Assembly: GCA_900088475.1 (NCBI GenBank)
Contig: FLMG01001570.1
Span: 201,310 to 265,309 of the forward strand
Length of the DNA stretch: 64,000 nt
Direction: 5' to 3'
Source: Hyphochytrium catenoides
Taxonomy: Eukaryota > Protista > Hyphochytriomycota
Shown here in pieces: positions 21,958-34,100 of the stretch (its first letter is position 1; every line of letters starts with the position of its first letter). The notes under the pieces are model-generated. The model was not told where the DNA came from. It did not search any database and saw nothing but the letters and a program-made list of their open reading frames with translations. The position numbers were made by a program, and so were the translations under genes.

Positions 21958-24900
21958 TCAACTGTGTGCACACCTAGCACCAGCCGTGCGCAATAGTTCG
22001 GCGGGGGAAACGGATTGAAGGCTTCTGATTCCTCCTGTTTCCCTCTCTTCCTCTTCCTCCGACCATTTCCCTCCCTCCTCCGCTCTCTCTCTCACTCCCA
22101 CCTCGAAGTGCACTCTGGAGACACATCGCGCAGGCTTCCCAGCACGCTCCTGCTCTTTAGCCAGCAGTTGGAGCTTCTCCAAGCCCTCAACTAAGCAGCA
22201 GAGGTCGGCCTTCTCCCGTTCCGTGGCCTCTTCTGGCGCCACCAAGAGCGCAATCATGTCACAGCCTAGCCTCTTGGCCACGTCCATAACGTCGACAAGA
22301 AGAGCGAAGGTCTCCTTTTTGCCATTTTCTTGTCGCGCAACCTTCTTGCCGTTGTTCCCACTTCCTGCTTCTTGCACGGGGACCAATGTCGACACCCGCT
22401 GACTATCTTTGAAAAAAGGCGCAACCAGGACGGCGTGCTGACTGCCTCTCTCTCTCACGAATTGCTCGATAGTGTCGAGGGAACTGTATGGGCCTAGCAG
22501 AATAAGATCCTTCCTCTCCACCTGCTGATCACGCTCAGCGGAGAGAGGAGGTGCCGGCGCAGCGATCTGCATGTAAACCGTCTGCTTAACCTTATTCTTG
22601 CGATACTCTGGGAGCACATTAAGATGTCCATACGGACAATGGCGGCAAGCGTTCCCGCAGCACTTTCCTCGTCGTAAATGTGAGGCTTCCGTAAAGACTG
22701 TATATCCTGGTAGAAGCGTGTGAGCCAAGGAGTGGGAAGAGAAGAAAGGTGGGAAGGGTATGAACGGCGAAGACACCGTGTGAAGCAAGCTAGGGGCAGA
22801 GAGAAATTGGGGACACGCGGACCGGACAAAAACACAGGTAGAGAGAGACAGGATCTACCTGTGGCAGGGTCTGTATAGGTGCTTCTTCCCTGGGCACAAG
22901 CTGTTCGGTGGGCTTCTTCAATCTCAGTTAACGCTTTAACTTCCTCCTCTCTCCTCTTGGCCTGTTCATCCTGATCTTCCTTGTGTAAGAGGAGAGAAGA
23001 GACTTCTTCGAAGGGGAAGTCAGCTCTGTAGGCGTCTTCTCTTCCATGAAGCAGGCCTACAAGCCACTCGAAGGCATCTACTAGGCGCGGTCCCGGGCGA
23101 TTGAACATCTACAAGCAGAACAAGTTTATTAGCCCCTAGGCAGAGGGAGACGAAGGTTGAGAGAACATAAGGGAGAAAGGCAGCGTTAGGCTCTGTAGAC
23201 CATTATCTAGAGGTGCACTGGTGGCCTTGCAGAGAAAAAGATAAGGAACGTACCGCGTCGCCATCAACCAGGACCGCCTTACCATGCTGTACGGCCCTCA
23301 GCTGCCTCCAAAGCGGAGAGTTCTGAGCCATGATTGGCATCATTTTCCTACCCATCTACGCGCAGCACAAGTATACGAGCAGAGGAAGTAATACTTAGGC
23401 AGGGACAAAGATGGAGCCCATCTGGGCATGTTTTAGAGTGAGGAGGCTAGGTCAGGAGGAACCTCCTGGATCTCGGTGAAAGAGGAGACTGGAAGCAAAG
23501 CCATTATGGCATCTATGGTTGTGGTTATGGGACCCCTCTCCACACGCACCTCTAGGTCTAAGCCGCAGAAACAGAAGATGATGACCTCTGGATCCAGCTC
23601 CTGCAGCTGCTGAAAGGGAACAGCAAATGACTTTCCAGCACCCCCTTTAGATGGCTCTGGTGCAGGATTGAGAGGATGGTTGCCACCTGCCCAATGGATC
23701 ATCTGCGGCGTCCAATGTCCTAGCAAGTAGCGGTATCGCGGATGCAGTCAGGTGCAAAGCTGTCAAGTGGCTTTCATGTTATCTCTCTGACGTAACGAGA
23801 TGTGGGCCTAACCAATTCTGTGAGGAGGAGGACGAAGCCCCCGGATCTTGATAGTAAGGAAAGATAGGATCGCTAGAAACTTTTTATCGCGCGTAGCTAG
23901 ATTGCTGTCTGAGGCCATCGCCGAGAGGAAGAGAAGCCCTAGTCTGTCTGTTGAGTTCTCTTCTTACCTCCAACGTATAGGGGATCTGGCCATTCAACAA
24001 AGGCGACATCAATGGCTTGCGCGCCCGTTGGCACCTTATCTTTCGCGCGGTCTATTCTTTCCATGAGGCTGTCATAGACGCTCTGTGCCTGAGCCTCCAA
24101 GCCTACGCCGCGGCCAACAGTTAGGATATTGTCCAGGACATCTGGAAGGCTGAGGGGGTTAAGTGTGATAATCGTGGGCTTGTTCTCCTGGGAAAGGTGA
24201 GATGGGAAGTTGAGATCTAACGAGACAAGTCTGCTTCTAAGGATGTCCATTAGCAGTTAGGAGAAGGAGAAAGAAAGAGAGGAAAGGTAGAGATAGTACA
24301 TAGTGATCCGCCAAAAACATGCGGCGTGGCTACAAGGCCACGAGATCAAAGCAGAGGAAATAGCTGTTAACCTCGATCTATGAGGCGGCCCTGGTGGTGA
24401 AAGAGAAGGCCGAGAAGCAAGAGGAAGGTGGTCTGAAGAGGCCTCACCATGGAAGCAGCCAGTCTCTCGACTGTCATGAGATCGATGGCACAAACAGAAC
24501 AGATATCCTGAGTCAGAATGACGTCTGGGCGGAGCTGCTTGATCAATTCCTCGTCCAACGCATAGAGAGACTTCCCTTCTCCTAAGGCTTCCGCCACTTG
24601 TCTGCCCCAAGGGATGTGAAGAGAGATGAATAAGAGAAAAGCGGTCATGGAATCTTGTCGTTAGGCTCATAGGCGAAGGCACAGATAGTAAGAAGACTAT
24701 GCGAGTTCAACAAAGGGAGATGGCAGAGAAGGGAAGGCAGGAGGAGTCTTGGGCCTTTACCTCGAACCCCAGACGGAGAAAGGTTCCTTCTGTGCCAGAG
24801 TGATAGCAGAGATTAACAGACGGCAGAACAGCTTATGAAGCAGAGGCAGAAGGAGCGCAACGGCGCGCGCACAGGGAGAATAGACCAAGACATATCCGTC

Positions 24901-25091
24901 ACTCGCCTGTTGACATCGGAAGGGGAAGTGAAGACCGTCTTCTGAGCTGTCACTATCGGGATCTGGTCCAATCCTGGCGGGTAATTATCCTCATGCGAGC
25001 GGCCCACAAGCAGCGACCGGCCGCCGATAGCGCAGAGAATCTCAGTGGCCGAGGGAAGGACGCTAATTACTCTCTGAACCGTCTTGGCCAT
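21958..25091 (-). CDS. Fusion protein: BtuF-like (cobalamin/Fe-siderophore periplasmic-binding fold) + DUF5522 Cys/His motif + degenerate C-terminal alpha/beta domain; 7 exons
   Basis: BtuF-like part: RVISVLPSATEILCAIG..LVGRSHEDNYP, LRPDVILTQDICSVCAID, VAFVEWPDPLYVG|GHWTPQMIHWAGG, VDGDA|MFNRPGPRLVDAFEWL. DUF5522 part: AHRTACAQGRSTYTDPAT|GYTVFTEASHLRRGKCCGNACRHCPYGH. The first intron (24602-24906) is GC-AG. Confidence 0.85.
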
Positions 25092-25282
25092 CTTCCTGGT
25101 GGTAAGCTTGACACGTTGAATATTACTTCGCCTTGTGATGGCTCGGGATCGTTACGCTTGCCCCAAGACAAGGAGAACGAGGGAAGATGTGGATAATGAT
25201 AACGCCCCACAGCCGTGAGAGTTCTGTCCTGTTCACTTGATCTCCGTGGTGCTGCCAACGCGCTTGGAATCAATCTTCGCTG

Positions 25283-28200
25283 TCACTGAGTGCTTGCTCG
25301 TCGCTGCATCTCAAGGCCATGCATATTAGGCAGTTCTGCCAAGTGTTTCCTCTTCTTCTCCCTAGCCCGCTCGCTTGGTGCCTGGACCCTAGCGTGTGCT
25401 TCTGATGCTTCCCTGAACGAGGCCGACGCTGCTTCCATCAGCAGCACCTTCTGCTGTCTCTCATCCGCTGCAGGCACCAGCTTCAAAGGGTTCAAGGGGT
25501 TCAAGGACAGCGAGGCAGAGGACCAAAAGGGCAGCTTCTGATTCCTTCTTAGAGGACGGTAACAGCTACCTCTCACGCTTCTGTGCCGTTTGATCTCCAT
25601 CAATCAGTGGCATCCCCAGGCAGATCCAGATCGGTCAGCATCATCTCTATGAAGCTCCTCCTCTGCGGAGGATGAAGCCCGGGGTGAAGCTCCATCAATA
25701 GAGCTTGTCAGTCTCACCAGTGCAGAGAGGAACATCCAGTCTCAGCACTATCACTTCGTTGCAAGCGTCATGGGTTCAGAGCAGAGGAGCAACAAGGATT
25801 ATTAGTTCATAGAGGGCCACACCATCCTGCACTAGTGAGTGCATGAGAGGCCGTAGAGTATAGCTCCATGATGTTATGATGGCCGCTTATAATAGATACG
25901 ATAGATAGGCCTGATGACACGCTGGCCAAGCGATTATACGCAGGATAATGAGGTTAGGGGAGTACATCCTTGCCAGCCCGTCTAATGCTCATTCCAAGCC
26001 AATCTCTGCCCTTGTCCTTCAGCTGGTTACCAGGTCATGGTTCGACACTTACGCTCTTGTTCTGTGCTGCCGCCTCTGATCTGGCTGTTGGTTGCTCCTG
26101 TGACCGGAGTGGCTCATCGTGTCGTCAGGAGAAAAGATGCGGCAGCTACAACGCCAACTAAGTCGCGGGCATTATAAAAAACCGCTGAGTTACTCTGCAT
26201 CACGGACCGCAATCTCCTCCTCCGCACTTTTATTGCCCTGGGCGACGCCATCTGACTCTTCGGCTGCCAACTTGTCAGACTTTTGCTGCCCGCTGCTTAT
26301 CCTATCATCCTTCTCCTCTCCAGAGTCATCCTCATCCTCGTCGTCATCTGAGAGACGCGCATCTTCAGCCATGGCGTGCAGTAAGTCCACAGAGCCAGCA
26401 TCTGAACTCATGGACAGCATGCTGCCGCTTCCACGCCCTAAATCCCCATATCGCGGTCACGGCACTCAGTTTATGATGAAGAGGCAAAGAAATTAGGAGC
26501 TCGCACCTCTACTGATGGGACTCTTCGGAGGAGAGGAGTTCGTCGCCTCTAGTTGGAGCCTCCAAGGGCTGCTCCGTGGTGAAGAGTTTCTACCCGGTTT
26601 GTGCGACGAGCCTAGGAAACAAAGTCCGATGTTAGACGATTAAAAGAAAAGAGAGACTGGGCGTCGTGGGCCTTGCGTCAAACATACAGATCAGAAGTCA
26701 CAAGCAACGAAATCTGGGTGTGAGACCAACCATGTCTAAATGGACAGAAAGACAGCAAAGGACAGGAAGAGGCGCACAGAGCTGCTGAAGAACTTCGGCT
26801 GGCTATAGATTATACGCATCCGGTCCTTTCTCATCTCTCAGAAGGAGACTAAGGGAGCAGCCATGGATGCTAGCGTCTCCTTCAGCAAGGTAGAGAAGGC
26901 CTGGTCGGGCAGAACGTCCTTCTTTGAGGCGGGGTGGTAGGAGCGTACCTATGCTAGCGATTCCTCCTGGGCGCGCAGTCGAGGATTTGGAAGGAGACGT
27001 CCGAAGATTGAAGGCGCGTGCGAAAATGCGACCTGGAGACTTTTGGGTTTTGGGGTGCTTCGAGACTGAAGGAGGTCTACCATCTACTTCTCCGCCCCAA
27101 GAGGAGCGCGGGCTGCTGTCGTGGCTGCTGACGGGGCTGTGGTAGGAGGCTGAAGAGGCCACGGAGTTTGCAACTTCTATCTGGAGCCGTCTGGTCAGCT
27201 CTGCCTGCAGCTCCAGAACCTGCTGTCTGTAGAAGATTGATGAGACGGTGGAGACAGATTGTGAGAAGCCCGTTAGTGGGTACATCAGGAGTGCCTAAGA
27301 ATGTACCAGCCTCAAAGCTACGGCAGATAGAGACTGAGCTAAATGCACAAGAACAGAGCAGAGCCCGACGTGACAGTTGGCGCAGACATTTGTTGAAGCA
27401 TCCTATCACTCCCTCCTTCTTGCTGCTCCGCACCTCAGACCTACCGCTCAAGCTTCAGTTGCGCCTGTAGATCTTTGACCAGCTGAGCCAGCTTGCCATG
27501 TTCAAGCTGCAGGTACATAGCAGACTGTCAGTTAGATATCCACTTTAAAATGTTAGCGTCTGTACGTTTTTTTAGCACTCGAGCCCTCAGGAAGGTCGAC
27601 TAAAGACCACCTCCTCTCGTCTCCCAACTCTTTCGGGCATCAATGGAGACCTTCTTGAAGGGCTGGGTAAGCCATCCAAACAATGCCTGTCCGCCTCAGA
27701 AGATCCACTTTTCTGCAGTCCCTACCTTCCTCACTCCTGGCTGTTCCCTGAGCTTCTCCTGCAAGGAGCTAAGCTCCTGAAAGGCGTTGCTCAGGGTTTG
27801 CTTGGCCGCAGCTTGCTCCGTCTCCATCTTTTGGAGTTCCTGCTCTAAGAAGGTGTTCCGCCTTCGCACTTCCTCTTCCTGCGTACGCAGCGCAGCCTCG
27901 GCCTTCTACAGGAATGAAAGAAAATTGGATAGTGAAGAAATGAGAGTGTTGCACCTTCAAACAGCATAGACATTTCTTTGCAGATTTGAACATAAATCTG
28001 CGGATTCAGGTACGTTTTGAGATTACTGGCTCCGGCAAACAAAGAGGTTGTTATAAGAATGAGTTGGAAGTGAGAGGTGTCCATGGCACCTCCATAAGCT
28101 CTATCTTGGCCTGTAGCTTCTGGGCCCTCTTTAATGTGTGCTCATGCTCATCCTGCAGCTCATGCAGGGCCCACTCAGCTTTTTGCCATCCTTCGGCACG

Positions 28201-30091
28201 CTCTTGAGCCAGCCGCTGGAATTCGAATCGAGTAAGAAGGGCTGCGGAGAGGTAGCACAGAGGACAGCGCCCAAGCACTCGATAGGAATATGAGGGAAGG
28301 TTGAAGAACCACCACTTGATTCTCTCTGATCATGCCAAAACCGAGCTAGTGGAGTTTAGGTATTACCTTCGCCTCCTCGAGTTGCTGTTGCACTAAGCTC
28401 TTATTCTCTGCTGTGACTTGAAGCTTCTGAGAGAGGTTCTTGTTGCCGCCCATGACCTTGTCCAGCCTGCTCTCTAGATGCTTGATGCGATCTTGAGCCT
28501 ATGATTGTGTTTTCCGCGCAAGAATGCAGGCAGATGGATCATCAGCTGAAGGAAATATGACTTTCGAAGCCTTACAGTGCATACACATCGCCTAGCGAGG
28601 ACATCAGTTGAATGGAGAGGGCAAGAAGCAATACACCGCACAAGGAGAGTATGATGGTGCATGGAAGGACTAGATTCCCGAGCGTCGGGGATGGGTCAAG
28701 ATGGCGTGCCAGGGCAATGGGAAAGCAGTGCGAGGAAGAACCTTACTCTTAGATCTTTCTCCAGCAATTGCGAGCTTTGAGCATCGCAGACTGACTGCAG
28801 ATGGGTGATCTGGCGCTTCAGCTCCGCCACCTGGTATAGTCCGTGCATGGTACCATCAGTTCACCCCAAGGGATCTAAGAAGCCGTTCAGGCATACATTT
28901 GTGACTCACGGAGCCGTCCTCTGACATATGGCGTAAGCTGTCTACCTCTATGTACAGTCTTACCTGCTGGTCCCAAACCTTACACTCTGCCTTAAGTCCG
29001 ACCACTTCCTCTTCTTTCAGTCGAAGCTTTTGTAGAAGATTCTGTGCGACAACAAAGAGCGTCGCAGAGATGGGCATACTTAGCGCTGCTTGAGACAGTA
29101 ATGATGAAAAGAAAGACAGGAGACCTGGATGTCCCTGTCTCCGGCTTCTATCCTTGCCCTGAGCTCTTTGTCTTGAGCCTGCTCTTGGCTGCTTTTCCTT
29201 GAAGGCGAGGTGGAGGCAGTCGTAGACGAGGGTGGCACAACCTCTTCTCCTTCATTTTCTGCGCTGGCCAAAAGCTGCTGCTGCTCTGCAATTATTTGCT
29301 TGAGCGAGAGGACCTACGACAGGAAACCAGCCGAGAGTTACGCAAACAGACCACCGTTGCAGAGAGAGAGACAGACCGACACACAGACAGAAACAGAGAG
29401 ACAGAGAGAAGGGAGAGAGAGAGAGAGAGTACTAGAAAGAGAAAGCCATGCCACGCGGAGAAACTTAAACGACGAGGTCGGTAAGAGAGAATGGCCAGGA
29501 CCTGCTGCTCAAACGCTAGGTTCTTCTCTATGCACTCCTCCAGCTCTTTGGTTCCGTTTGCATAAGGTACCATTGCTACCGGGGCAATAGTTAGCAAGGG
29601 CAAAGGAAAAAGAGGGCACGGTTCGACAGAGAAGGAGTCAAAGAGAGAGGGCAGAGAAAAGTCACAGGGAGAGGTATTCGGAAGGACAGGTAGCTATCAT
29701 CTGGCCGGCTGGTAGCTACTAAGACCTTGGTACAACCCACCTCGGAGGGTCTTGAGCTCCGACTCCTTGTTCCTGATCTCTTGTTTAAGCACTTGGTTCT
29801 CTACATCATAGTCCAAACACCTTAGACTAAGAGTGAGCAGCTAAAGAGTCGCTTGGAGTGTGAAGGAGCAGTGGGAGAGGAGTAGGAACGCCTAAGAATA
29901 ACAAGGGGCTCGAATGTCATTGAGCCTCGAAGGTTCAGGACCATAGGCAGGCCAAAGGGCAGGTAAACTCTTCCACTTCGCGCAAACTTACCCAGATCCA
30001 GGGCCTTGAATCGCTCCTCTTGAGCATAGAGCTGGTTCTGCTGCTGCAGTACCTGGTCCTGCAGTCGCTGGAAGTCACTGACGCTAATCAT
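25283..30091 (-). CDS. Long coiled-coil protein; N-terminus resembles GRIPAP1/GRASP-1; acidic and Ser-rich tail; many exons
   Basis: MISVSDFQRLQDQVLQQQNQLY resembles the GRIPAP1 start (LSEEEFQRMQAQLLELRTNNY). Successive heptad-rich exons join in frame. The 3-prime exon structure is less certain. Confidence 0.6.
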
Positions 30092-31185
30092 TGGCCCTGG
30101 CTGATCGACCCAAAGGTCTCTTGCCGTACTTCCTGCCAGTACTAGGTCTTTTGATACTCTCAGGCAAAGGATGGCGTCTAGGTTGCGGTCGCGGTGTTGC
30201 GGTGGTGCCGCCTAGATGCTGGACTATTGAGATCCATCATAAAGCATCCACGCAGCATCGGAGAGGAGAGATCAATGCAGCTGTAGGAGATGCAGATGCT
30301 CTTACAAGTTCCTTTCTCTCACTCAGTCCGTCCTATTCAAAAGACCACTGCCCCTCCGAGTCCTCTATTACTTTGACTTCTGCTGATGCAGCCTTCGTGG
30401 CTAGCCTTACAGAGTGTCTATGACTACGCTCAGGAGGTAGAGGAGCTTCGATCCGCGTACTGCCAGGCCCGAGCTGCCCCGCACGACGAGCGTCAAGCAT
30501 CCAGACAGCTCATTCAGGAGCAATCGGAGGTTACATAGTGATTGTATGGATATCGTGTGAGCCGCTAATGGCCTGCAGATTGAGGAAAGATTTTGCTTGT
30601 CAAAGCAGCGTTTGCGGCTACGGGAAGGATGATTTGTAACGGATGTGGGGGAGCTTCTGATGTGGATCCGCCCGGTTCGGCCGCCTCAGGGAGAGGACAT
30701 GGCCACGCTCCGCTGTCTGACTTCCACCCCTCCGGTCTGTCCATTAACATTTCCATCAGGTCCAGGTTAAGCCCTCGCCGGGCTACGAGAGGCTTTTGTG
30801 TATTTGACGGCTGTCGCCGCTCTGGCAGGCATCGGGTCATCATTTTATAAGCGTCTCACAGGTTTATGCAGTTTAAGGTGCTCTGACAGAACAACAGGAT
30901 TTAGAACCCCTTCCCAGCGCCATGAGAAGCTGTTCTTTCAAAGCCGAGTCGAAGACGCCCGCGCCTCGGTAAGCTACTAGGCGCCAGGTAGTGAGAGGTG
31001 ATGACTTTGATGTGATCACTAACTTGAAATAAGTCGAAGATAGATAGAGAACAGACAAGAGTCAGAAAGGTAGATACAAAGCCCCACAATATTTTGAAAT
31101 GGCAGTAGGGCCCATCATATGACTCAGTTCAAGGCGATAAATAATAGACCTAACGGCTATGGACGGGACGATCTCAAGTTCTCTC

Positions 31186-34100
31186 CTAACCCCAAAATGG
31201 AAGTGCACTTTTAGCGGTACTTAGCGGTCCCTGCTCCTTTGTCTGACCAGGGATAGGGTACGGCACCGGCCGGGTTGTCCTGTTGGAGCTCTCATTCAAC
31301 TCTGTCTCCGTGCAATGGATGTCTCGCAAAAATTGCTCAAAAGACTGGCGGCACTGTGGAAGATAAGAAGACCAGAACTGATAGTTAGCCTGCGAACTTT
31401 CCCCCGACTTGTTTTCTAAGAACTGGGCTGCGGTTTTGCCATCAACCTGTCTCCCTTTCTTCCTTCCCAGTCCTCCAGTCAGACCTGTTAGCCTAGTGCC
31501 ACCGAGCTATCCGCCATATCTCTCTTCGATTTACCTGTCTTGAGTGCTCCGCACGGTGTTTTGCGTGTGCCAGTAGAAGCCCTTTAAATTCTTCATTTTT
31601 CTCCCTTTCAAAGCGATTCATCTCTCGTTTCAGGCTCTCCGTGATAAACTCAACCTGCAGCCGCGCTTCATTCATCCTTCCTTCCGCCTGCTAGATCGGT
31701 TAGGCGGTGCCATAAGGCCAGCACGGGTACAGCTCTAAAAAAGACTCAGAGTAAATGATATAGATGAAGATAGCAAGAGGACAGGTAGAAGAGAACCGTT
31801 CCAAACCATAGGTTTACGAGGAGGTCCTAGCCATTATAACCTCTGCTAGGAACATGAGGCCAGTCGATAGCGACAAAGAAGACAGCGGGAAAATTAAGCT
31901 TAAGAAATGAGAACTTCCGTGAATAAGGCTACGTGTCGAGGGGAAGCCCCATGGTATTACCTGCACCACCTTCTGCTCCGCCTTAAGAGCAGAGCCTGCA
32001 GTGCCCGTCCTGGCTCTTGCAGCCGCAAACCTCTCTTTGTTCCGTTGCATGCTTGCATTTGAGTCTACCACCTCCTCAACCGCATTTTCCCGGTTTGCCA
32101 TAACGGCCTAAGGAGAAGACCCCAATATCAGGGTAGTGAAGTCATAGATGAAATAGGTCATGGTTTATGATGGCGGTAGAAGGATGGCGGATAACTGCTA
32201 GACAGATGGGGCAGAGGACGGTGTAGTAAGCCCACCTTGACTGAGCCCACTTTGCCATACTGATACCGCACCGGAGTTACGAAGTCAGCGAGCTCAGCGT
32301 CCAGCTGGGTAGTAACATGTGTTGCACAGGACAAACATTAGTACCCAGAAAGATTAGTACACAAACTCCCCAGAGGGATGAAAGAGAGAGACCAGTAGGT
32401 GGCGCGGTGGCTCAGGTGGTAAGAATCGGAGACGACTAGAGGGAGACGACAAGAAGGGCGGAAAGGTCAGATCCGCGTACATGGTCCTGAAGAAGGTTTC
32501 CCTCAGACTCCAATCTCTCTCCAACTATCTGCGTGAGCGATAAAATGAAGTTTAGGCACTTGCGCAACTGCATAAGATCCCCGTTTCTACGTGATTGCCA
32601 ACTTCTGACCTGCAGAAACTCGCTTTCGGCCTCATCTTCTCTTTCATGAATGGCAAGCTCTGTGAGGTAGTGTCCAAATCTGGATAGCTCGTAACCCAGC
32701 TCTAACGAAAAGAGAGCACATACGTCGAATGGTGGGCAGAGGGGTAGTGAGCGACAAAAAAGAACGAGTAGAAGGATCCAACGAAGCCCAACCGCGTACC
32801 AATAAGGCTGAGAATTTAATAACCACCACGGAGGGAGGAAGGAGCCAAAAAAGCGACTTACCTCTCAACTTTCTGTACCAGTTGTCCACAGTTCGACAAG
32901 CTTCAGCTAGCTTTGCTTCGTAGGCATCCACCCGTCGACCAATCTATTCGAATCCGGAGGAATATTAGCCGCTAGTCGTCGCCAGAGTGCCCATAATCAT
33001 CGGCATCTTACCGCCAGGTACTCTTCATCTGGCTTTACGTCTAAAGGAGACGGCGAGCCTGCCCAAATGGATGATTTAAGAGAGTGGAAGAGGTTGGTGA
33101 CAGCACTCGAGGGGGCCGAGATTGGTATAGTTGCTGTCTCCATGGGCATCAGCTCCTTTGCAGCCTGCAAGCCCTGCATTGACGGAAGCAGAAGCAATTG
33201 GAAAGTAAGCCAACGACAGTGACGATTCTCCCAATAGCTTTGGAAAAGGCTATGGCTATCACAAAGTCACATGAGACGGTCCGGCTGCTTACACTCACGG
33301 TGCTAAGGGTTAACGAATTTGGGACTTTCTAACAGATGGAAGCAGAGAATTGGAAAAGAGAAGCTACACAGTGTCTATGCTTACTTCTCGACTTGCAGTG
33401 AGAATCACCTGCACCTCCAAAGCACTTCCTAGCTGAGGGTGATTTGCCACTTGATTCTAAGGAAGATGACAGTGAGATATTGACAGTGCAGAAGAGGCTA
33501 GATTGAGCCTCTAAGCGAGTCTCCAAGCTGTATAAGGAAGAGCCAAAACGGCAGGAAAAAAGAAGACGTTCACCCTTTTGAAAGATCTTTCTGAGAACAG
33601 GAGCGCTGTTTGGGGACTCATATGAGAGACAAGGAGGTATTGCCTCTTTCAGCAGCTCTACGTACTATGTAGTGCTCTAAAGCCTGCTTTCTCTCCTCGA
33701 CGAACGTCACCTCTAGGTTTCCTGCAAAACAGTCACATTTTAGTTCACTATTGTCTAGTGCCTGAGACTCTCCGACCAACCACCTACCAACAGACCGCTT
33801 TTCCGGTAAAGGCGGGATGATCAGACCTGCAGCAGAGGGAATATCAGTGCCGTGCCTCTTCTAAAGATCCGTCATGAGGCTAACGGGTGATGCCACGTGT
33901 TTTCTCCTTAAGCTGCACTATCTTTCATGTCCCTCACATGTTGGCCGAGTCTACAGAAAATCGGTTCACATTCTACCTGGAAACCTGCTCACAAGTCTCA
34001 AGTGCATCCACTCAAAGTCACTGAAGCGTCTCCTGAAATCCCGCCGACGTGTGGGCTGACGCGGGTGGTCGACCTACAAAGAGACAGGAGTTCAGCTGCC

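Noticed and set aside
32401-32430. GGCGCGGTGGCTCAGGTGGTAAGA resembles a tRNA 5-prime end or A-box
   Set aside because: No anticodon arm, T-arm or acceptor-stem partner follows; it lies antisense within a sorting nexin intron.
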